64,000 nt of DNA from Klebsormidium nitens (lineage: Eukaryota > Plantae > Klebsormidiophyceae): the NCBI GenBank assembly GCA_000708835.1, contig DF237123.1, positions 62,001 to 126,000 of the forward strand. Reading direction: 5' to 3'. Made by a program: the position numbers and the translations under genes. Positions 27,101 through 39,100 of the stretch are shown in pieces (within the stretch, counting starts at the first letter, position 1; the number at the start of each line of letters is the position of its first letter). The notes beneath the pieces were generated by a model. It was not told where the DNA came from. It saw nothing but the letters and a program-made list of their open reading frames with translations, and searched no databases.

Positions 27101-30100
27101 CCATGTCGATTGGCCGGCGGTCGCCCTGATGTTGCCAACATTTACAGATTGGTCGATGGCGAATTAGGAAGGTCGAAGCCACTCGCTTGAGCTGGAAGAA
27201 ACTACACTTCGCACGGGCTTCTCGTGTCTCAAAAGCTGAAGCTCTTTTCAGACTGGTTTGTGTATTACAGGACGGCTGCCTCTCCGTTATATTTCGATAG
27301 TGCGTTCTGCTTGCACGGGGGGCCCAACTAATTACCCCCGGTACTGAGGACCTGTCGTTCTCTCTGGTCCCGCCGTGTCCTTAATGGGTGGTTTTCTCTC
27401 TTTTCCGTTCCCTCGATTGCAGGGGCCTCAGCACACTTTTCCAACCCTGTTTTTATTCCCGTTTGGTTGCCTCCATTTCCGTTCTAAGGTGCACGCTCAT
27501 TTGCGGTGGGCCTCAGGCGACTTCGGGAGCATTGCTGGCGCAGAAACACGGGCCCCATAGCGAGCAGTTCCGTTTTGTTGCTTCCGTTTCCGGTTCGAAA
27601 GGCGTGCATTCCGTTCCGTTCGCAGGGCGCCCCCAAGAGCGACCCCGGGAGCAAGGCGCTCGCACAAGGAGCAGTTCCGTTTTGTTGCTTCCGTTTCCGT
27701 CCCGAAAGACGTGCCGTTCCTTTCCGTTCGCAGGGCGCCCCTAAGAGCGAACCCGGCAGCAGGCGCTCGCACAACGAGCAGTTTCGTTTTGTTGCTTCCG
27801 TTTCCGTCCTGAAAGACGTGCCGTTTTGTTCCGTTCGCAGGGCGCCCCTGGGAGCGACCCTGGCAGCATCGCGCTCGCGCAGAACACGGGCCTCAAGGCG
27901 AGCAGCCTGCAGGTGCTGGCGAACATCCTGCAGTCCCTGCTGACGTGGACAAAGCGGGGGCAGGCAGCCTCGGTTGCGGTGGCGGCCGCAGCTGCGGAGG
28001 ATTCGGAAAGGGCGGAGGGTAAGCCTCAGGCCTTTTGAGGGAGGTTTCTCCTGTTCCACTTTGCTTGCCCTGGTTGGTGGGTCTGGGCTTGAGTGTTCTT
28101 TTTTTCCAGGGTTGTCAATAGCAAAGACACCCTTTTGAAGCCTCTCTGACTCCTTGATCTTCTATGTCGTCCTCTAGAAGCGAGACCAAACGTTTAAGAG
28201 GAGTCGGCTCTGTCATAGTCGCCGCCCAGCTTGTCATGATGAAAAGTTCTAAGAGTCGCTCAACTGACAAGCTGGTTGTTCAAGCGTCCTTTTTACGTTT
28301 CATCAATGCAGAAAGCGGCTCAGTACGCAAGGATACATCTGTCCCCTCCTCTGTATCTCCTGAAGACAACAAACACGACTTCTTGGTACTTCGCAGATGG
28401 TTAGGGAACGGGTGCCAGAAGCCACTAGGCAGATTGCCGAGCTTCGTTCTCTTCTCCTCACCTGCGTCCTGATCTTAACAGCACTTTACAGCACTTTCCT
28501 CATTGCTTTTTTCCCCTCGTTCTCCAGGTGAAGACAACGACGACTCCTCGGTTGCCGCCCAGCTGGTCAAAGACAAGACCCAAAAGTCGCTCATCGAAGC
28601 TGCCGTGGTGGAGTTCAACCTGAAGCCCGAGAAGGGCATCAAGCAGCTCGAGAAGCAGGGCATCCTGGCGCACGAACCGGTCGCGATTGCGAAGTTTCTG
28701 CACGGAACGCCGGGGCTGAACAAGACGCTGATTGGGGAGTACCTGGGGCATCATGAAGAGTTCCATATCAAGGTGCGTGTTGGGTAAAAGAAGCCACAGA
28801 TTGTGGATTCTGAAGGCAGCGTTTGCGAGTCTGATCAACCTGTTGAGTTTTTCTCAACAGGAAAAGCCGTTCGGAATCTTTTTTGGAAGAAAACGGCAGC
28901 TAGAAGTCAGTCTATCTAGAAGCATCCGCGATCACAGAAAAGAGAGCGTAATCTGATTTGTGTACTTCGTCAATAGTGATTCAGAAGTGCTCCGCGCAAC
29001 ATGGTCTTGATTCAGAGGTGCTGCTCGGTGTCGACGGCTTGTGATAATCTGAAGATATTTTACGAGTCTTACAATCGATACCGCTCGATTGCATCCGATG
29101 ACGAACTTCCCACCTCTTATTTCCAGGTAATGCACGCATACGTTGACGAGCTGAGCTTTACGGGCCTCATCTTCGACGACGCGATCCGGCGCTTCCTCTC
29201 GGGCTTCCGCCTCCCGGGCGAGGCGCAAAAAATCGACCGCCTCATGGAGAAGTTCGCCGAGCGCTACTGCAAGGACAACCCGGGCACCTTCAAGAACGCG
29301 GACACTGCGTACGTCCTCGCGTACGCGGTCATCATGCTCAACACGGACGCGCACAACCCGATGGTCTGGCCTAAGGTGTGAATTGTCTCATTGAACTCAG
29401 TCGAGGTTGAGAGATGCTGGATTCCAAAAGTGAAAAGAATCTGCTGATTCGTCTTCAAAACGCTGAGATTCCTGGGCCCCCAAGTGACCGTTCTAGCCAA
29501 TTGTCTGCTAGAGCATCTGCTTCAGAACCTCCAGAATACAATACGAAAGCTAAGAAAGCAAGAACGCTGCAGCGTCTACTCCTCCTTCGTATTGCTTTTA
29601 GCCACGTGCGGACTCAATGGTCTCAGTCAAAGGAAAACCTGTGCTACGCATGATATTGCAGAAAGATTGTCAACGTCTGCATACATAGTTGAACTGGTCG
29701 TTTCTGAGCCAAATTGTTCCTCATTTGCTAACCCTGGCCGCATCAATCGAAGCAAGTTCAGAAGCCAGCGCAATTCATAGTATTATTTCCCTTGATATCC
29801 CCGGTCCTCTCTTCTCACATATCCCCAACCCTCGACTTCTCTCCTCAGATGTCCAAGACCGACTTCGTCCGGATCAACTCGAACACCGGCCAACCCGGAG
29901 CAGAGGACACGTCAGCACCCGTGGCGCTCCTCGAGGACCTATACGACCGCATCGTAAACAACGAGATCAAGCTCAAGGACGAATCGGCTGCGCCGGGGGC
30001 CGCCAGCAAGTCCCCCGTAAGCGCAGGCCCGCTCGGGGTGCTCAATCTCGCGCTGCCACGTGGCAGGGCCGCGAGCGCCGAGGCGACGGGGGAGGGCGAC

Positions 30101-33100
30101 GAGATCGTGCGGCGTACTCAAGCGCTGTTCAAGACGCAGCAGCACGGGAAGGTGTTCCAGAAGGTGAGGCGGCAGGAAGGGTCTGCGTATTGGAATGGGC
30201 AGGGATGTGAGGAGTGAGAATGATTGTGTGGATCGAAGCAAAGTCGGACTTCGTCATCTGACATCCCTGTGGATCGTCTTCCTACGAAGGCGCCGAATCC
30301 AAGCTATAGGCGCCCCCGATCAGAAGTGCAGCTTTCAGGCGATGCTTTCAGTTAAAAGCAACTCAAACTTGTCTCTGTGTGGGCTGAGAAGGGCTGAGAA
30401 GGTTCTTGTTCGATGTGAACCTTCGAAACCCGCGAGCAGCGCTCCAGATTCTTATCCGGAAACCGGGCTCAGGCTCAACCCTAAAGCTTGCCGTTTCAAC
30501 TCGCAGGCAACCGAGGTGGGCCTGGCGCGCCCTATCTTAGAAGCCGTCGGGTGGCCCCTCCTCGCCGCCTTCAGCGTAATCATGGAGGACAGCGATTACA
30601 AGCCCCACGTGGCGCTCTGCATGGAGGGCTTCCGGTTGGGAGTCCAGCTGACGCGAGTCCTCCGTATGGAGACCATGCGCAACGCGTTCCTGACGTCGAT
30701 GGTCCGGCTGACGTCACTCCACGCGCCACGCGAGATGCGCACCAAAAACGTGGAGGCGCTGCGCGTGCTGCTACAGATGGCGCAGCAGGAGCCGGATGTG
30801 CTGCAGGTACAGTTCCGCCGCTTCCAACGGTTCGCTTTTGTACTTTTCTGGGACACGTTCGTCCGGACGATTGACGTACACTGCTGGGGTCCTTATTTTG
30901 CAACTTAGCACCGAGTGCCGAGCTTGATCGTTGGGACCCTCCATTTCCTGTCCCTCTGACTTTCGTTCGCTGTACCCCTTGTACGCCACTGGTATCGGCG
31001 AAACGGCTCTCAAGCATCCTACCGAGACGGACTGCTTGGTCTACGCATTTGCATCTTTCAGCCGTCAAGAAAGGGTCACCACCACATTGACTGTCCGCCC
31101 CGCTCTCCTAGCAGCCCTACGTCCGATCTAAGCGCAGTCGCCCCCTTCCAATGAACGATCGTTGTTTCCTTATCTGACAAGATGTCTTGTATGCGACCCT
31201 CGACTGCATCAGCCGCTGGAGAAGAACCGCCAGCAGGCTGCGACGCACGCCGGATTGCTGCCAGCAACGCATTTCCTTATCAGATTTTTAGGACGATTTC
31301 ACACTACGATCACCACCTGACTGGTTTTTCCAAACAGGATGCCTAGTATTCGACCCTCGAGTCCATCAGCCGCCTGGAAGAGATCGGCAACTTGTCACGG
31401 CACAGGCTGCTTTGCTGGCAGCAAGGCTTCCTCCAACAGCAGCCCTAATCACTCCTCACTATCACAATCTGACCTAGTTCTGTACCCTTGAGTGCATCAG
31501 CCGGTTGCCAGCAACGCTTTATATCAGCTTTGATCACTCATACTGCAAGAGTCTGACCTAAGTCTCTTTTAACAGGATGCGTGGTGCTCAGCCCTCGAGT
31601 GCATCAGCCGTTCGGAGGAGACCGCCAGCACGCCAGCGGCGCTTGCCTTTAGAATATCTGTCATCACCTACTGCAATTCCTCTCTGACTCAGCTTTTGCG
31701 CTCACAGGATGCCTGGTACTCAGCCCTCGAGTGCATTAGCCGCTTGGAAGAGATCGCCAACACGCCAGCGGCACAGGCCGCGCTCCTGCCTGGAGGAAAC
31801 CAACCGTCCCGGGAGGCCCTGGTTCACGGGATCCAAGAGCTGGCGGGGATGCCTACCGAGGGCGTGTTCGTCAACAGCAACCGTCTGCCGAGCGACGCCG
31901 TCGTCGAGTTCTTCACGGCGCTGTGCAGAGTGAGCGGAGCACTCCAAACAGCTTCGCGTCTGATTCCTGGGGTGATAATGTATCTAAGCAATTTGTGAAG
32001 GCTTTGACGGCCGTTTTCGCTCCTGTACCAAGAGGAGTAAGCTACGGACTCGAGGTGTTGTGCGGGCAGTCGTTTAGTCTGGTCGTTCGACTGCAAGCTG
32101 TCCATTCTAATCTGATCCAGGATCGCAATTGCCGAGCCCGGCGCATGGCTGTGTTATTGGGCTGATACATGATTGCGGTGTTCTGGCTCGTTAGCTCTTC
32201 TTGATTGTCCGATTAGCAAGGGTTGACCTGCAGAAGTTTGGGTCGATTAGGGCAGGTTGCCAAGCCAACTCGCTTAGGTACGTTCAACTTTGACACTAGG
32301 TACCTTCCAATCCTCAACGGTAAGGATTGCATTGTCGGGGGGGCTCTTCGTCCCAGGTTTCAGGGCCCCGCGGCATCCGCTTTTCTGCTGACGCATCTTC
32401 ACTTCTATGCGGCGACATTCTTTTGCTAAGCTCAAGCGTACTTGCTGGTGATTAAAAGTTTGGTTCCTCCGCTTGCGCAGGTCTCAGAGGGCGAGCTGGG
32501 CATCACCCCGCCCCGCGTGTTCAGCCTGCAGAAGCTCGTCGAGATCAGCTACTACAACATCACGCGCATTCGCCTTGTCTGGGCGCGCATCTGGGCCGTC
32601 CTCAGTGTGCACTTCATTGCCGCAGGAGAACACGCAGACGAACAGGTCAGTTTTGCAAAAGTTTAGTAGCGGAAAAGCTGGTTGATCAGACGAATGATGT
32701 CTTAAAAATTGGTGTATGACTGAAAGATATTTCCAAATCTCTACCCGGAAACCGCATAATCATGCTCGAAAGATGAAGACCGCTCGTGCTCAAGCAAAAC
32801 TGCATACTCCGCGATGCATCAAACTATATCGCATTGAGAACCTCCACCACGACAAAACCGGCCAGAATAGGAGCACAGCAATCTGGAGAAGCGTCCTTTT
32901 CAGCACTTCTATCGATTTCTGTTGAGGTACTCAAGACCGTTGATGCAGGTCGCAATGTACGCAATCGACAGCCTGCGCCAGCTGGCGATGAAGTACTTGG
33001 AGCGTGCAGAGCTGGCTAACTTCACGTTCCAGAACGACATCATGAAGCCGTTCGTGGTGATCATGCGCGGGAGCCGCAGCGAGCGCATCCGCGAGCTCAT

Positions 33101-36100
33101 TACACAGTGCGTCGTACAGATGATCAAATCCAAGGTGGGCAGTTCCCCATCATGAAGAATTGCCAAGGAGCGACTAAAAGGCGTCTCAGTTCTCCGAGCA
33201 AAGTCTACTTGTCGTCGTCTCGAGCGGTATCCAAAGGGTGACCCAACCACGAGTTGCTCTTCAAGAACTCGGAACTGTAGTGACAGCCTTGCAAGAAGAA
33301 TGTCGTATCATTGTCTGCTGGCGAGTGACCAAGAAGGGACTCAATACCCAAGCAGGGTCGCCTTGTCTTTCATAGGGCTCACAGGTCAACATAATCATAT
33401 GTCGCTGTTGAAGACCTGAGTATCGTCAGGTCTACGTCAGCAAGAACAGTGTACGACCCTCCATTTTTCAGATCTTCTCAAACGACCAAGCCTGCAGCCT
33501 GGGTATCTTGAAGTTCATTCCTGAACAAATGTAGTTCAAACTTCTCCAGGTCAGCGGCATCAAGAGCGGCTGGAAGAGCGTCTTCATGGTGTTCACAACA
33601 GCTGCTCAGGACACGTCCGAATCCATCGTCGACTCGGCGTTCTTAAATGTGGAGCAGGTAAGCTTCTGCGCATGTACTCCTACAATATCTAAGAATGCGC
33701 TCCGGCTAGCGGTTGAGCTTTTAGCACCTTGTATCTCGCGTCTTGGCCTGTTCTGTATCGAGATGGTACATCTAGGAACGGCCTCAAAAGCTTTCCTATC
33801 TCACTAAGCCAGCTGATTTGCATATGCGAGCAGAGTTGAGAGTTTCTCGTTGTCTTCGCAGGTGGTGCTGGAGCACTTCGACCAGGTCGTGGGCGACTGC
33901 TTCATGGACTGCGTTAACTGCCTCATCGCCTTCGCCAACAACAAGCTCAGTGCAGGCATCAGCCTCAAGGTGGGCTCTCAAAAGGGCTGTCCGCCATCTC
34001 AATCACACAAGCTGTAGAGGAGAAGTTTCTTGAGCATATTTTCAAGAAAATGCTTGTGTACAGGAAGTTTGATGATGGTTGACAATCTCTCTTTGGCATC
34101 AATCAGAAGAGATCGACTGTATCCGGACATGTTGACTGCTACGGTCCACATTTGAAGTCCAACATTCAGCGTCAAAAGCAGGCAACCAACATGGCTGTTC
34201 CCAAACAGTGTACATCTGTAGGATGCAAGCTATTGCCCAAAACGTGCTGGGCTTTTGCTACGGCCGGTCCGCTGCTTTGACGAGCCTCCATTACGTTGAT
34301 GCACTTACCGTTCCGAATTTTCTGCCAGGCCATCGCTTTGCTGCGCATCTGCGAGGACCGCCTGGCAGAGGGCCACATTCCGGGGGGGTCCCATCGCCCC
34401 GTGGAGGACACCCCCAAGAAGAGCGACAAGGAGGTGGCGGAGTTCTACTGGTTCCCCATGCTGGCCGGCCTGTCCGAACTCACCTCAGACCCGCGGCCGG
34501 ACGTCCGCAGCTGCGCGCTTGAGGTGAAATATACATATCCACCTAGCTCTAGGTTTTGGGAGGGGCTTTTGAGATTTCGTTCAGTTGTAGGGCGTGTGAA
34601 TCTCGAAGCCGCGCCTAAACGTTTGCAGCTCTCGGGCTCGAACAGTTTCTGTTATTCATCCACCTGAGCCTCCTTTGCAAGTCGCTGTATCAAGCATAAG
34701 ATTACCGAGGGCTTGGGAATGGCGGCCGGCCAGTTCCTAGACTGCCGCTTCCACTGCGCAGGCGTCATTCTGGAAAACCGCCGAGTTACTCTGACGTCTT
34801 GCAGAGAATCTTCGAAATGTGCAGTTTTTTGGTAAGAACGGGTGGTTGACCCCCCTGACACCGTCTTCAAGGGTTTGCGCAGATCCTGTTCGACCTGCTG
34901 AAATTAGTGCGGCGCGGCCTTTTGAGGTCCCAAACTCCCAGAAGTCATGAATGTTATGCTTCTGAGACTTTTCAAAACCCCCAACTGTAAAGGTCTGACA
35001 ACCTGAAACCCTGAAACCCGTCTCCTCTTGCGCAGGTCCTGTTCGACCTGCTGAACGAGCGCGGCGCGTCCTTCTCCCCCACCTTCTGGGAGAGCGTGTT
35101 CCAGCGCGTGCTCTTCCCCATCTTCGACTACGTGCGCCACGCGGGCGCGGCCGGGCACAAGCGGCTCTCGGCCAACGAATGGCTGCGCGACACGTGTATA
35201 CACTGCCTCCAGCTGCTGTGCGACCTCTTCTCCAAGTTCTATGCTGACGTCAGCTTCCTGCTGCCCAGCCTGCTGGGGCTGCTGCTGGACTGCGCCACGC
35301 GGCCGGACCAGGTACGATGATTGCGCTTTAACTCGGCCACCCTCGCTTGATCTCGTCCTGGTTATGCTGACCCAGGTTTGCTTGGACATTGGAAGGACTT
35401 GTTCAATGTTTAGGAACCCGCTGACTGCAGACCTGCAGGCTGTTGTGAATGAAATGGGGGGGCACGCCCTCAGCAATCGCCATTTGTACCGCCTTCTTAT
35501 TCCGTACAGAACATGGTCGATGCGCCCGGCTTGATGATCAACTCTAAACCCCAGATCCCTGAACTCAGTCTACAAGCACTTGTGGCAATCAGAGTGGCCG
35601 CACTTACGCGCCTGATGGACATCGGCGGATTTGCCCTGATCGAGAGCAGCTTTCTCCTCTCGCTATAACAAAAGTCACACAGTAAGCTATGCATTTGGCC
35701 TGATTTCAAACTCTGAACCTCAAAATACCCTGATCTCATTCTATAGGCACTGGCGGCAATCAGCGTGGCCGCACTCGTGCGCCTGATGGACATTGGCGGG
35801 CACGCCCTGAGCGAGAGCGACTGGGGCCGCCTTTTAAACTCCGGTGCACAAGCAACGCCACCCGTTGTCCTCATCTCAAAGCCCAAACCCTAAAGTCGTG
35901 GCCTCAATTTACAGGCACTGGCGGCAATCAGTGTAGCTGCCCTGGTGCGCCTGATGGACATCGGCGGGCACGCCCCGAGTGAAAGTGATCGGGGGCCGCC
36001 GTCTTAAACCCTGCACGGGACAGAAGCGACGCCACCCGTCCTAACCGAAAGCCCAAACCGTAAACCGTTGACCTTGTTCTACAGGCACTGGCGGCAATCA

Positions 36101-39100
36101 GCGTGGCTGCACTTGTGCGTCTGATGGACATCGGCGGGCACGCCCTGAGCGAAAGCGACTGGGGTCGTCTGCTAAACACCATCCGGGACATGAGCGACGC
36201 AACCCGGCCCGTCGAACTGCTGAACCCGGAGAGCCTGGGCGTGTTCGGGACGTCGCCTGCCGCTTTAGGTCCGTGTCACATCAGTCTCGATTTGATTTCT
36301 CGATAGTCTGGTGTGATGCTGCCTTTGTTCGTGGTCGTGTTGTTGATTACTCCAAGACCTTTGGTCGGACCAGCAGAAATGGATTTATGAGCGTTGCCGT
36401 TCGTTCAAGGAGTCAGATTGTCCAGTCTGTCACTCGCTTTGTCAGCTCGTTATGCGCAGATTCTGTCAACAAACGTCAGATTTTGCGACAAACAAACCAA
36501 GAGGAGTGCATCTTGGATCCTGTTGCCTCTGCGATCCTTTGTTGCCAGCAATTTTTTACAATACGCAGTCTGCTTTTGTGCGCCTCCTTTGTAAAGGCTC
36601 GCTGGATGGCGGATCCCAACTTCTTGCAAACTCTTAAAAGTGCCCGGACGAAACCAAAGCGCAGGCCTGAGGATTGGGAGATCCTCGCAACCCGCGGAAG
36701 GAAGCGCCTCGCGCCCGCAGAGCATTGGCAACGGCCAAGTCACTTTGGTGCGCTTCTTTACATGAAGAAAAAAAATTGCCAAGCGGGTTGGAGGCCCAGG
36801 TATCTGAAGAGAGAACGCATTTCTGGGAGGTCTAAAGAGTCCAAATAGTCAAGTTTCTAAAGGTCTGACATCGTATGACATTGCAGAGGGAAGCGCCTCA
36901 CGTCGGCAGAGCATCGGCGATGGCCAAGTCACGCCCGTGCGCCTGTCCACCGTCGAGGAGCCCCGCAGGGGGCCCAGATTAGAACGGGTCGCGGAAAACG
37001 GGTCGTTCAAGGGCGAGCAGGGCACCGTTTCTCTCCCGGGCGAGCCCAGTGCCGGGCCACCGCCGAGCGCGGACGGCGGGGCGGGGACGTCGGAGGACGG
37101 GGCGCAGAGTGCGGCGCAGACGATGGTCGGGCGCATGATGAGCACGCTGCTGATGAGGTTAGTTTCTGCAGGAGGATCGCCCCGATTTCACTGTGGGCGT
37201 TGCAAGGTGCTGAACAACTCGACTGGACGGCTCAGGTCGCCCCCGATTAAGGATCGTTAAGTGCAGGAGATTGTTCCGAATTTAGCGTAGGCGTTGCAAA
37301 GCGCTAATGTATTTGTTGGACGGCTCTTGGTGCCCCGTCGATGATTGCCAAAAGCGTCCGAAATGAGTGTTGGCCACGAGAGGGACGCCGCCCGGTTCTG
37401 GTGATGCTGTCCGGTTTTGGTGACACCGTCCCTTTCTCGTGATGCCGTCTGTCAAGCCTTTTTGAATAGGCCCCGTTTCGCAGCCAATGCATCCTCAATC
37501 GGTCAGTTTCGAGAACGTATTCCTGAAGAAACAGAAATCACTGGTCTCGAGTCTCGATTTATAGGCCGCTGTCTGAATCGGCTGCCTTTAGGAACCTGTC
37601 GTTTACCACGTAAAGGCCCGGCTGATCCTCGGTGTGGTCGCCCTCCTTTTAGTATGCGCATAATCTGCATCGAATGCATTCTTCACTGTTGTTTCCGGAA
37701 ACCCAATTCAGAGGATAGATTGTTATTAGCCCTGAAGTCACAATCTAGAGCTTTTCTCTGAAATCGCTGCTTTTCCAGGAACATGTCTTTCACCCGGAAA
37801 GGCAGGGCCGATCCCCAGGTGGTTGCCCCACGGGCCCCGCCCGACGAGGGGGGTACGTACCTTGACACGCTGGGTCCTGAGGATGCGATCGAGTTCACGA
37901 ACGAAACGCTAGACGCCGTGAGATGCAAGTGAGTGCTCTCGCCTAGGCTTCGTTGACGTGAGTGTCTTTGAGAACTCATGCTTAGTTGGTGGCTTTAGGC
38001 TGGGTTTCCGTAGAGGTGTTCCTTGCGTTGAGTTTCGAGAGCAGAAGAGGAGGAGAGGCGCCAGAAGCGAGGCTTAGCGACGAGTGCGACTCTTTTCACG
38101 AGTTCACTCTCAGCGTCTGCCTCTCATACCCAGGAAGAGCAAATGGCAGAGGGGTTTGAGCTGGTTTGTCGATCACAGAAAAGCTGGTCACCAACCTGCT
38201 TTCAACCTGTTCTCACCTAACCATTTTCTAATCAAAATGTGGTCCTACAAGACCCGCAATCGCTGGACTTCAAAGTCTCTTCTTTGGAGAGACTTTGACC
38301 CTCTTTGATCATTCAAGTGTTCAAATAAGAACGTCAACAACGGACCCCTATCTCCTGAAGTTCTCAATGTTCTCAATAACCACTATACTAACAACCACTA
38401 CTTACCAAACCCTGTTTTTTTAACCTTTACTTGTTTGTACGTCATCAGGTGCGTCATCCAGCTGCTCCTGCTGGATGCCCTGAGCAAGGCACAGTCGGAG
38501 CACTGGGCGAACCTGAGCCCCACGAACAAGCGCGCACTGCTGGAGACCATGCAAGGCCTTGTTGATTTCGCGGCAAAATACAACTGTGAGTGCTTACCAG
38601 TCCATGTGATCGCAAGCTTTATTCTGATTGATCCTCGCTTCTCTCTCAGTCCTCTTCCAGTCCGTAAAAAGAGGCCAGTGATTCTCAGTCCTCTTCCATT
38701 CCTCAAAAAGAGGCAGATTCTCCTCTCAGTCCTCTTTCAGTCCGTAAGTAGGCTTTGTCTTTCTCATTGGCGAGCCTGTATCCAGGTTCTGAAACCAATA
38801 CGTCATTCGCATGTGCAGCTGACGTGTCGTTGCGCCAGAGGCTGCAGTCCGTTGGCTCGGAGAACCCACCCCCAAGCTTGCTGCGTCAGGTAAGGAGCAC
38901 GCCACATTTGACATACTTTTCGGGTTCGGGGAGCTTGATTTTCTACGGCTTCGAGGTCTGCCTATCGTGCCGTATGAACGAGAGGCCGATCCAAGTTCGA
39001 TCAGAAACTTACGCATGCAACTCGTCGACTGTTGCTGGATGGACCGCCAGGTACAGCCCGGTGCCGTCGACCTCCTGCAACTAGATAGTACTAGTGGATG

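Noticed and set aside
27484-28059. 191-aa minus-strand ORF with internal repeats, and a possible CRISPR-like look of this and the other arrays
   Set aside because: The ORF is the antisense reading of the 108-nt acceptor array. The units have no unique spacers and contain host exon sequence, the context is eukaryotic, and there are no cas genes.
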